Source: Epiperipatus broadwayi (taxonomy: Eukaryota > Animalia > Onychophora). Taken from it: DNA of 64,000 nucleotides. Of this stretch, positions 1 to 11,629 are shown piece by piece (positions within the stretch are counted from its first letter, which is position 1; every line of letters begins with the position of its first letter). Where the stretch lies: contig JAQFVV010000004.1 in NCBI GenBank assembly GCA_028023455.1, positions 7,874,001 through 7,938,000 on the forward strand, given 5' to 3'. The notes beneath the pieces were generated by a model. The model was not told where the DNA came from, did no database searches, and saw only the letters and a program-made list of their open reading frames with translations. Made by a program: the position numbers and the translations under genes.

Positions 1-1076
1 ATGGATTTAGAAAAGGCATTTGATAGAGTAAGCTAGAATAAACTGATGTCTATCTTAAGGAGTATTTTGGAAAGAAAGACAATTGATATGGACTATGTAT
101 AATGGTCAAAGGATAAGAGTTAGATTTGGGTGTAATGAGACTGTTGAAGTGAATATAGAAAGTGGAGTTAGGCAAGGGTGTAGTATGTCACCTGTTTTGT
201 TTATTTATTTAGAAGATATGCTAAATAATTATTTGGACTGTGGAGGAGCAAATGTTGGAGGGAGAGTAATAAAGTGTATAAGATTTGCAGATGATATGGC
301 TCTTATTGCTGAGGAGGAAAAGGATCTCCAAAATATGTTGAATAAATTGGAAGAAGGATGTATCGCATATGGAATGAAGATTAATATTGAAAAGACTAAG
401 TGTTTATGGATAGGAAGAGATGCAAAAAGATTGCAAATTGGAATCCATGATGACATGGTTCAACAGGTGAAGGGATTTAGATATTTGGGTAGTTGGTTGA
501 GTGAAGATGGAAGAAGTGAAGATGAAGTTAAAAGAAGAATAGCATTGGCAAAGGTGACATTTGTAAAGAGAAAGAAGATATTTTGTGGACCTGTGGAAAG
601 AGAATTAAGGAAGAGATTAATTAAATGTTATGTGTGGAGTGTATTACTGTATGGTTGTGAGACATGGACATTGAGTAATAGAATTAAGAAACGTTTGGAA
701 GCTTTTGAGATGTGGACATGGAGAAAAATGGAAAACATCAGTTGGATGAGTAGGGTAACAAATGAAGAAGTTTTGAAAAGAGTTAATGAGGAAAGAAGAT
801 TGATTGAAAATATCAGAGAGAGAAAGAGAAACTGGATTGGACATATATTAAGAAGAGATTATAGTTTAGTGAAAGATGTTTTGGAGGGAATGGTGAGTGG
901 AATTAAAAAGAGGGGATGGAAGAGATTGACATTATTGGATGATATAAGAGATGGAAAGGTTTATGTGGAATTGAGGAGATGGGCAAGGAAGAGAAATGGA
1001 ATGGAAGAATAGATGAACTGATGTAGTGACTACTCTTTGGACCTGTCTATTGGACAGACTAGTATTGATTGATTGA
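1..1076 (+). mobile_element. RTE-clade non-LTR retrotransposon, 3' part (RT C-terminal half, 3'UTR and tail), disrupted
   Basis: From base 1: MDLEKAFDRVS* then a frameshift into ORF 83-1012 with GVRQGCSMSP, RFADDMAL, YLGSWLSEDG, LLYGCETWTL, WIGHILRR. 3'UTR hairpin CTGTC-tattg-GACAG (1043-1057) is followed by an ATTG-repeat tail (1064-1076). Confidence 0.9.
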
Positions 1077-2949
1077 CTGGAGAATAATATAACTAAATCT
1101 ATTAGTATGGAGAAAACGTCAGAAAATGTAGCAAGCATATTGCAATAAAGAATAAGTAAGATAAAATAATGAATTTACTGTTAAAATGAAAATGGAAAAA
1201 TCAGCTAGCATAGGATTTCATGAGACATGATGGGTAAATTAAAGAGGAAAATACTAAATAACTTAAAAGAGTTAAATTGTTTCAAACTCCCAAACAAAAA
1301 CAGTGGTTTTCAATATTTTGTTTATTTATCTCTAGCCAATCCATTTCTAAAAAGTGTTTTTTTTTAATTATCAAAATATATCTAATTAATATAATTATTT
1401 TCATTTCAAATTGATAAAGTAGTATTTATAAATAGATGGTACAGTAAAAAAGATAAAAAAAACAATGGAATAATAAAGTAATTAAACAGTTTTATCTTAA
1501 AAACTCAAAATACAACAAATTAAATCAAATTTTTCACAAATTTCATTAAAAAATCTATATTACATTATTTAATTTTTTAGATACTCTTGGTGGAAAATTG
1601 TTATATATTACGGCTTATTGCTGTAAATAATATATTGTTGGCACTTAGAAGACTATTCAAGTTCTTGTTTCATTTAGATATATATATTAGTTAGTTAGTT
1701 TCTTTAATTATGGTAAAGTAGAAGGCATGCAAAAGAATATACAAATGGATGCATATGGAAATGGGCAGTTAGAATGGTAAGAAAATGATTAACAAACAAA
1801 TTAAAATATTAAAGGTAAAAATAAAAGAGGTTAATAACTGATATATAATTGTAGGGAAAAACAGCTTGAAAATGATTATATCATTTAAACACTACAAAAA
1901 TAATATTTATGTAGAAAAAGCTGAAAGTGGAAAAAATAACAACCAATAAGTAGAACTGCCCACTGATAAATTAAAAGAAAATATTAAGAAGTAAGTTAAT
2001 AAAATTTTGGCAAAAGGTCAAAAACCAACTTAATTCAAATCATAAAAAAAAAAAAACTGTAAATAAAAGTTAAGCTACATAATAAAGAAGTTAAAAAAAC
2101 AAAAAAAGGTTTGGATTAGCAAATGATATAATTAAAAATAATGAAAAAATAATAATTAAAACTGATACAGATACATAAAATTACAAAAAAATAATAATTT
2201 AATATATATATAGTAAAATAAAGTGGTTTGAATGGAAAAACAACGTTTCAGGAATAGAGCAGTAATCTTAAAGAAAATGCATAATAAATTATTAATGTAA
2301 AAAATAACATCGAAAATCATACTAACATTAAATGCTAGCAAAATAAGTTTATTCTAAAATTCTCTCATGACACATTATTTCGTCTATTTGTGAATAGACA
2401 AAACCATGTGTTATAAAAAAAATTTAGTATAAATTTGTTATTTTTCTAGTATTTAATGTTAGATGATTTTCTATTTTATTTATTAGTAGTAGCATTATAG
2501 CATTAGACAGTATTTAATAAAAATGTATTTAAAGTATGGAAATTATATATACAAAAGTCTTGTAAGATTTGTGTGATAAAAACAATAAATCATATATATA
2601 TATTAGCAATTAAAGTTATATAAAGATAAAATTGATTGTTAATAATAAAAAAAACTGTAAGAAATGGATAATATGATATTTTAATATCTGTGGTAAAAAA
2701 AATTGAAAATTTATCTGATGTTTGTAATGTAATTTTTGATTCAGGAAAATAGAGAGTAAATTCTTTTTCAACATTTGTGGCAACATTAAATAAAAACTTA
2801 ATGTAGTGAAATTTGAGGATTTTAGAAAAGTTACTTTAACTTGATTAGTAAGACTCAAGAGACTTAATATATATCTTTCTTTTTGAAGAAATTTTACATG
2901 AAAAGAAGTTTGTGTTTGAAAATAATAAGAATCAATATATGCAGCTAGA

Positions 2950-4060
2950 TTATTCAGAAAAAATTACTCGATTATACACAGAAATAGAATATTAATATAT
3001 ATTTGTCTTTAATTCTAAATCTTTAGATCAATAAAGTGAATTATTGTGTTAGATATTCTTAAAAAATACAGGATAGTGTCAAATGAGAATGAATAAAAGT
3101 TCAAAAGTGATAGTTGACATAAAAGAATAAGAAAGGTAGGTTTTGCATGAATTAATGCCCAATTAACATGTGATGAAAAAAAGAAAAAAAAGCATTGCCA
3201 ATTTCAAAGATAAGCAGCTTTTAATAAAATTAGGATTATTCTGATCTTTAAAAATGATGTAACTAATAAAAAGACTAAGAATTTCTTTTAGTGCATAAAT
3301 AAATCAGTTTATTTTTTTAAAAAAAATTGTTTTATATTAGAAGCAATAAATAGAAAAATGTATAAGCTAATGGTGAATTACTTATATTTTTTAATATTTG
3401 TTTTAATGTATTACTAAAAAGTAAATTGCTAATAAAAATGGGATTAGCATTATGGCAATAAAAATTAATTCAATCCAAATTGCTGATGAAGGAAATGAGC
3501 CAACAGAAAGACTAATGAAATTTTAAGATAAAAATAAATGCAATTAAAATTAAGGCAGTATAAATAAATGATTACATTTAATTTGAAAAATGCATAATAA
3601 AAAATAAATATTATGCATTTAATAAGTTAATTTAATTAATGATGGGAGTACAAAAAGATCTGACATAAAACTAATTATAAACAGAAAAAAAACTATTAGA
3701 AACTTTAGAAACAGACATAAATGAAAATAAAAACTAAATTTTTAAAAAAAAAAAGGCAAAAAAAAAAAAACTAAAAAATGTTAGTATAAAAGATTATTTA
3801 TTAAGAAACTTATATACCAGGTTGTTTAAAGCTATAAAACCTGAAAACAAATGTGAATATTGTTGAATTTATAATAAAATTATTAAGAGAAATTATTTCT
3901 TTGATAAAATTATTGAAAAATTAGAAATTATAGGAGCTACTTGTAAAGAAACTTAAATGGGAATTGTAATGGTTTTGAAGGTCTAGATTAAGAATTTTTA
4001 GTTTTCAAATTAACAGAGATTAAAGGTACCTTATTACATTTGTGGAACAAATTTTATTTT
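2950..4060 (+). pseudogene. Possible very decayed LINE ORF1 C-terminus / endonuclease start
   Basis: Fragmentary translations only: RKVGFA*INAQLTCDEKK (INEQLT-like) near 3130-3185 and NCNGFEG (WNCNG-like APE start) near 3960. Many stops. Confidence 0.2.
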
Positions 4061-4962
4061 TGCAGTGTATAGTAATATTTAATCATACATTTATAACTTT
4101 TTATTTATCCAGAATGTAGCCAATCTTTAAAATGAATTTAAATAAAAGTAATATTTATAGTTAATTGAAGGTGTTTTTTTTTTTGGGTGAATATAAGTTT
4201 ATTAATAAAAAGCATAGCAATGATTCTAATTTTAATTTAAAATTTAATAAAATGTCATTGAATCATTCCCATTATGTCTGTTTCCCTGCACATTTCATCT
4301 CTGTTTGATGCCATATCCAATTCTATGTAATTAACATTTGTTTTTACTAGGTTGATCATTGAAATATTACGATCTGGTTATACCATTTTCTTCAAAATTA
4401 GTTTCTTAATAAAAAAAATTTGAAAGAATGTATGGTAAGTAATTTTTGTTCTACAGTTTATTCTTTGATGTGAGTGAAATTTGAAACAATGCTGTTGAGA
4501 ATAATGCTTTCATAGGAACTCACGTTTTGGTTTTTATTCATTGCAAATACTTCTGCACCTCTCATACATCAGTTTCAATCATTACTCTGGTTTACTACAT
4601 TTGACTGTCTTTCTATTATTGTTTTGTTCCTATTTTTGTAGAATATTTATTTTATTAAATAAAACAATAAGAGAAGTAAGTATTGAAATTGAAATTATAG
4701 TGAATTATGCTGAGAGATGTAAAATATTGCTGAAAGTAAAAACTTACAGGACATAGCTAATTACAACACATTCCATTTTTATGTACACAGCATGAAGACA
4801 GCAATTATGAAAAATAAGATATTTTGAACTGAGGTATAAAATTATCATACAAGATATTTTTTAGCAACAGGTGACTTATTTACCAAGTCATATATACTGC
4901 TTATAACACTTCCTTCATATATACTTTAATGCAACAAATTTTCTTAAAAACTTCTTTATTTT

Positions 4963-5000
4963 CCTTACAGTTTCGATTGTCCAGCAATCTTCATCAGAGA
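4963..5000 (-). ncRNA. Minimal type I hammerhead ribozyme (family B)
   Basis: Minus strand reads TCT-CTGATGA-A-GATTG-ctgga-CAATC-GAAA-C-t-GTA-AGG: intact core, 5-bp stem II, minimal stem III, GUA cleavage triplet, 3-bp stem I, AATAAA 5 nt downstream. Confidence 0.75.
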
Positions 5001-5512
5001 TTTATCTTCTTCTCTGTTTTAATTTTTAAAAAAAATCAAATCATCATATCTTGTGAAGAAAGATAAATCATTTTGAAAGATGTATATATTTTGAGAACTC
5101 CCCTTCCCATTATTTTTCCTTTAAAAAATGGACAAAATCGGAACACTCATAAATAATTATTCAAAATTTCTACTGAATATTGCTTTTGATAGAATAGCAT
5201 TGCTGAATAGAATATTACCTAATTTTAATATTCATGAATATAAATGTACAATTTCAATTCATTTTCTAGTGATCATTTTTCATACTATAAGTGCCTAAAA
5301 AAGAGAAGAGAATATTGTTATTCAAAATATGTTCCATTCTAACCTGTGTGTTATTATTAATAGTTCAATGCACTTAGAAAAAAGTAAATAAATTTTGAAA
5401 TGTAAATAAAAAGCCATTTAATGATTACATTAAATAATGGAAATAGTACATCAAATAATTACAAATTTTTATATTTGAATTACTAAAGATTTCAGATTTT
5501 TTACTATTTCAA

Positions 5513-5591
5513 GCATTGGTGGCCGAGTGGCCAGCACAGCTGCCTTGCGAGCAGTTGTCCCAGGTTTGCGAGTTCGCATCCTGGCCGATGC
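5513..5591 (+). mobile_element. tRNA-Gly(TCC)-derived SINE-like copy (anticodon loop CT-TGC-GA)
   Basis: GCATTGGTGGCCGAGTGGCCAGCACAGCTGCCTTGCGAGCAGTTG...CCTGGCCGATGC matches the eukaryotic tRNA-Gly(TCC) scaffold. T-arm is disrupted; followed by TTTGACA and an A-rich tail like the other copies. Confidence 0.75.
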
Positions 5592-8500
5592 TTTGACACA
5601 TTTAAAAAATGTTATTTATTTATGCCATTTATTTGCAAATATTGTTTATTTTTAATTATAAATCATTTATTTATTCACTTATAATAAATAAATAATTTTG
5701 TTGTTATATTTTTAGCATTTTTGAAATTATTCTTTTGGCTTAATTTAAGTGTTTACTTTTTAGTCAATATTTGATTATTTCAAAAATTACTTATTTTTTA
5801 TTCATTTATAAATTAATTACATTAGTGTAAATACTGTTATAAAATTTTTATTCAGTCATTTTTGTTAACACCCTGATCACAAGATTTAATCAGTTTCTTT
5901 TATTAGCTTAATCTCACGAAGAATATCTTATTTTAAAATAAAACACATGAAATAATAATAGATAAAATAAATGTATAATTTAGAGACATACAATTTATAT
6001 GTAAAATATTCTGTGAATTTGGACATGGAAAAGGTTAATAAGCAGTTTATTTATGTAAAAAAATTAAAATGAGCTCACTGTGGTCTTATAAAAAATGAAA
6101 ATAGCTTGTATATATATTAAATCAAAATAAGTTTAATTATGAACTTGGAAGACAATGATATATTTTAAATTGCACTTTAGATAATGTAAAATGCTTAGTT
6201 TGATTAGCTTTTAAAGTTCGCATAAATTCACTGCTGTAGGCATAGTGTTTATATAGAAGTTATATTTTTCCACAAGCAATTAAATTAATGCGTGATTGCA
6301 CACATGCATATATTACAATAAGGTATGTGATTTATAAAACTATTTATCATTTAATTACTAACTTTTTCATGACATTTGAAAATCAAATATTTGCATGCTT
6401 CTGAATTCAAAATAACCTAATAGTGTGGAAGGTATTTGATAAAACTAATATTTCTATTTTAATATGTGATCTTGTGTTGTTTTTTTAAAAAAGTCTTTCA
6501 TCAATGTATAATTTTTTTAATATCTCATGATTGTGCAACAGTGATTCTAAATTCTCAAGTAAACACATATTTAATGTGACATGTTGGAAATATCATACAG
6601 ATATGCAAAAAAAAGAAAAAATAATAATGTTTAATTACTAAAAAATATTGTTGATGTAATTGTAAAGTCTTAAAAAAACTTTAAAAAAAGTTGGATTATA
6701 AATATTACAAAAATCCCAGAAAACATGATAAACAAGCAACAAGGATAATTCTCAATTGAATAATAAGAAATTAAAGTTTTTATAGTAAATCTATTTTAAG
6801 GTTAAATGATAAATTGTTGGATTAATATTTAAAAGGTTTGTGACAAATCTTTGTTTAGAAGAATGTCATCAATGGCACAGAATGATGATAGCCTGAATAC
6901 AAATATAAAATCTTATTGAAATAATATAAAGGTAAGACCATTAAAAACTAATATGAGTGTTCCGATATATATATATATTGTACCTAAGTGAAGTTTCACT
7001 TAGTTCCAATAGGTGCCTGAGGTTATCTTAGCTTAACCTTTTGTTTGAAATTTTCTGATTTTTAAAAAAATAATAATGATAAAAATGGAAGTTAACTTAG
7101 TTAATGAGTAAAATAGGATAATCTTATGTAGTTTTATAATAATTGTTAAATATTTATGGGATTATGTCTAAATATTTTAATAGTATATGTGATTTAGTTT
7201 GATAAGGGATGTCAGATAATAATTTGAATTAAAGGAAATATCAGAAATAGTTGTGAGTTGATAAATAATATTAAATGTATTTTAAAGTAACTATTGTGTA
7301 ATTCATTTTAATGTCTAAATTATAATAATTAGATATTGTAAATAAATTGGAATAAGTTTAAAAATAATCTGTAAATTGTTATTAAAACACTATAATAATA
7401 TTTATTAGATGTAATTTAGGTTAGCGTTTCACTTATAAAGTTATTTTGAATTAAAAATTCATTAATATTTTTATTTTTGTAGTTTTAAAAATAACTTTTA
7501 AACAATTAGTGTGAGGTCATGTTTATAGATTACCCATATGTAAGAATATGTATGTGCATGCAAGAAAGACACGTAAACATAATAAAAAAAAAATTAATTC
7601 CAATATTGATTTTAAAAAAATGAATGAATAAAGTTAAATATTTAAAAGTTTAATAATGAGGGATGGCTCTGAATTTTATATTTATTGTTATTGTGTTTTA
7701 TAAAATATCATTAAGAATATTACATAATATTTGTTAATAATGATCTTTTGACTTTGCAGCTGTTGAGTAACATGGTTTGGTATAATTAGATCAATTAGGT
7801 CAGTAAATCAATTATACAGCTGAATTGTCAAGAATGGTAAAGTTTAATAAAAATAATTTCATTGGTTTTAAGCCAAGTGATATATAAAAAGTGGGAGTAT
7901 TAAAGATTATCAGATATAAATACTAATCCAAGATTCATTCAAGGGCTTGTTTTATTTTGTTTGTACATGTGGTTGAATCCTAAAATTTTCTTTAATAAAA
8001 AGTTGTAATTTTCTTTAAAACTTTATATTTTATTTAAAAAAATAAAAGTATGTTTTTACAACAATTATTCTAAATTGTTATACAGCTATGAAGGGCTGAA
8101 GTTAAAAAGGTAATCGTTTTCTGATATTCAAATTTCAATTGGAACATAAAATTATAGTAAAAATGTTTGGAGGAAATTTAGCATCTCTTATCTCAAGTGC
8201 ATTTTATCTATTCGTTTTTCTTTATTTAAAAGTGAAAGTAAAATTGAAGTATAAATTATTAATTATTTTTATGACTAAACAATCTTTTGCACTGAACTAT
8301 TGTAACTGTAGGATACTTAGGCTTTATCCTATTAAATTAAAAATATACGTGAGGAAGAAATTAAAAGACATTGATAATTTTAAAAAAAAACCATTATAAT
8401 GAAAAATGTGTCAGCTTCCTCATAAATTAGAATTGACTTTAAATTTGATACTATCTTATTCTGGAAAGTGTTGATAAAAATGTTTTAAGCTACATTTAAT

Positions 8501-8756
8501 TAAGGATGAACTTACAAATAATGATTAACTAAAAGGTTATTATTTATACCTTGACCTGAAATGGAAATAATTCGTTTTAGCTAAATGTAAACAGAGGAAA
8601 ATATGTATTTTAAAATAATAATTCTCATTTTATACCCAGCAGTAGAAAAAAGAAATTATTTAGAAAAAAAACTTCAAAATAATTTATAAATATTATTAAT
8701 GAATTCATATCTGTCAAATACATAGTAAATTGTTATATTTACCATTATTTATAAGT

Positions 8757-8772
8757 AACTTTGTGACAGTTA
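8757..8772. repeat. Left target-site duplication of the Tx1/L1-like element
   Basis: AACTTTGTGACAGTTA versus AACTTTGTGATAGTTA at 15178-15193 (15/16 identical). Confidence 0.85.
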
Positions 8773-8797
8773 GAGATGCTTCCGGTTGCCATATTGA
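8773..8797 (+). promoter_or_regulatory. Putative internal promoter at the LINE 5' end
   Basis: GAGATGCTTCCGGTTGCCATATTG: CTTCCGG (ETS-like) and GCCATATT (reverse AANATGGC, YY1-like) lie immediately inside the TSD. Motif match only. Confidence 0.4.
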
Positions 8798-8986
8798 AAA
8801 GACTTCGTTTTTTTAATGCTGCAGTTTAAGCAATCTTATATACTGTTCTAAATTATTAGATCATCTGGAAATTTTTTATTCAGGTTAGTAAACTTTGGTA
8901 TAAGTATTTGTTAGAATTTAGTCAAAGAAAAAGCTAATTTAATATCTGACTACCGTCAGTTAATTATTTCTTACGTTAAACGCCTA

Positions 8987-11612
8987 ATGGCGTCGGTAAA
9001 GAAAGCTCAGGCCTGCCGTGTCAATAAACACGATGTACATAATTTGGAAAAAACGAGTGAAAATGAGCTAATAACAAGCCACAAATACACAAATAAACAG
9101 GAAAACACTGTTAATGACAAATTATTATCAAAAGACAACGTAAAAAAAAAAAAGAGAAAAGTCCAATTTTACTGCAAACATTACCAGCAAAACGTCCGGA
9201 AAAACCACAAAAAGTAACGTGGACTTTGACGCGAAAAAATACAATTTTAGAGCAAGGCCAGAGGAGGCCTCTGAGAATATTCTGGTAGAGCCCGATTTCC
9301 CCTACAATCTGGAAAAAAAAACTAAGTAAATTGCCCACTGCAATCAAAAGTTACGAAAAAAATACTATCAAAACTGGTGTATCAGAGAAAAAAAAATGGA
9401 AATTTCACATTCGAGAAGTTGAAAAATGCGGAGAAACACTGCAGCAAAAAATTAAGGGCTTAGAAAACAATTCGAATTCAATACCAAAATCAAACAATAT
9501 AGATTTTGATACCAGCTCCAATTCTATCCAAAAATCGGAATTTTCCGCCGTAAGGAAAAAAAGTTATGAAGAAAAAAATAACGCAGAGGTGGCGCCATTA
9601 AAAAATTCTAAAAAAGTTTACAATAGCGTAAATCATAACGAAAGTGACTTAAACATCAAAAACAATGATTTAAGTTCTGAAAACCATGGGATTGACCTTA
9701 GACTTTCTGAGGAAGCCAAATATGACAGTGATTATCACCCCAATCAAGAACAAAAAACAAATAATAGACCAGGCTTGATTAATCTCGCATCTCCCAACAC
9801 TAATAACGATTCCCAAGCTAACAATGATTTCCTACTACCAATGGACAAACAATTAAGATGCCACAACTCCCGCACTATGGTTCCCAAGGGAGAAATAGAC
9901 AATAGTAGAGGAGAAGAATTCCCCAAACTCAAGTCTAAAACCTCTTCTGTTAATGACATAGACAGAATAAACTTTAATTTTAATTGTTCTAGTCCAACAC
10001 TTAATACAGCTGAAGAACACCCAAAAAAATGTCATATGCCGAGAAAGCTGCGATAAAAACAACAATGGTAAATAATTCAAGAACGCAATATCAGAATAGA
10101 CCTGACTTCAATCTTCATACTACTTCAAACCTGATTGATAGAGCTATTGAAATAATGGACAACTCTGAATCAATTCAGAGAGAAGAAAATTATGACAATT
10201 TGTCGACTTCTGCCATTAATAATAGTTCATGTGATCCAGCACATCATGCAAGAATAAGCTCCAACTTTAACCAAACCATCCCTGCTCTCTTGATGAAATC
10301 ATTCCAAAGTTATAAAGATGACAAAGTTATTATTTTGTCAACAACAGATGACAATAACCAATTATATAAATTCCCAGTAAACTCACTGTTTGATCTTTTT
10401 AAAACTGAAGTAATATGGGATTCAATCTACAAAGTATTGTTCCACCCTAATGACAGATACGTGGCGGTCCAATTTAACAATATCCTAGCCAAAGAAGCTT
10501 TCCATAATAACCACAGATGCCTCAATGGACTCTACTTGATCACAATAGATTTAAATAGGCCCAGTACATTACAAGGCTATGTTAGAAACTGTAATGTAAA
10601 CTTTGGAAAAACAGAGCTGCAAAACATCCTTTCCCCGTATGGCAACCTTTCCAGTTTCAGATACAGAGCTATTAGTCACTTAGGGAAAGATATTCTCACC
10701 AACGTAGCTGACTTCAGCCTGGTACTAAGACAAGGGATTTCACCTTTAACAATACCAGGGGTGGTTGAATTATATGACCAACCACTCATCATAGTGCTAC
10801 GTGGAGTGGCCCCACAATGCTTTCATTGCCAACAACGAGGTCATCTGATGAGGGACTGCAGTGAAAGAACATGCACCAATTGTGGAGCAATCATGAAAAA
10901 ATTCCACAAATGTAATAGGAAAACTGAGAAGCCAACACCACTGCCTCAAGCGGAGACAAGTGGCTATAGGCCTACAACAGCCAACAGCCCTCACCTCCAG
11001 AAATATGACAAAAAAGAAACTCTCAAAAACTACCAGATATACTTCCCTGATGACAAGAAAATGATTGCAACCAACAGTATGAGCCAGAAATCTAGCTTAG
11101 CAATAACTGAAGTAGCTCAACAAATGGAGAAGATTCACAGAGAAGAGGTTCAATCAAGAAACCCAAACCTGAGTCACTATGAAGCAGAAAGCACCAGCCT
11201 CTTCCAGCCTGTCCCACCCAGACGCAAGAAGAGAGTCAGATCAAAGAAATCAAAGATAGGCACAGCAGGTTCATCTTCAAGTGGTGAATGCCCGACTGTA
11301 GATGACTTGCTAGACATGCAGTATCCACCAACCAGTAACTTCAGTCATAAAGAAAAAAAAGTGAGGCTAAGCTCTCTTCCTCTGACTAGGCCATCTGGAA
11401 AAGAGAAGACTGACTCAGACAAAGAAGAATGTGAACAGAAAAGCAATTTAGAAGATGATTTTTTGGAACAGGTCCTACAGTTTGAAGGCTTGGAATATTC
11501 CTCTACAATGGCTGAAAATGATACCCAGACTGACCAAGAAGTGAATTCATCAACCTCTGATGAAGAGAGCACTCTCAAGATCGACAAATCAGTCGATAAC
11601 CAGTCTTACTAG
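8987..11612 (+). pseudogene. LINE ORF1 (gag-like nucleic-acid-binding protein), split by three poly-A indels
   Basis: Track ORFs 8987-9217, 9331-10056 and 10029-11612 plus an open frame at ~9144-9325 join at A runs 9142-9153, 9313-9321 and 10023-10029. Contains VLRGVAPQCFHCQQRGHLMRDC (CX2CX4HX4C) and CTNC...HKC. Reconstructed length 874 aa. Confidence 0.82.
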
Positions 11613-11629
11613 TCTATCATCAACTGCCT

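Noticed and set aside
6983-7002. CTAAGTGAA-GT-TTCACTTAG palindrome
   Set aside because: Short, isolated and without supporting context.
7760-7798. Possible exon with good AG and GTCAGT signals
   Set aside because: Stop codons in all three frames and no partner exons.
8086-8109. Possible 24-nt microexon (YEGLKLK), loosely similar to 28427-28452
   Set aside because: Weak polypyrimidine tract; such splice-like patterns are expected by chance in AT-rich DNA; no supporting gene structure.
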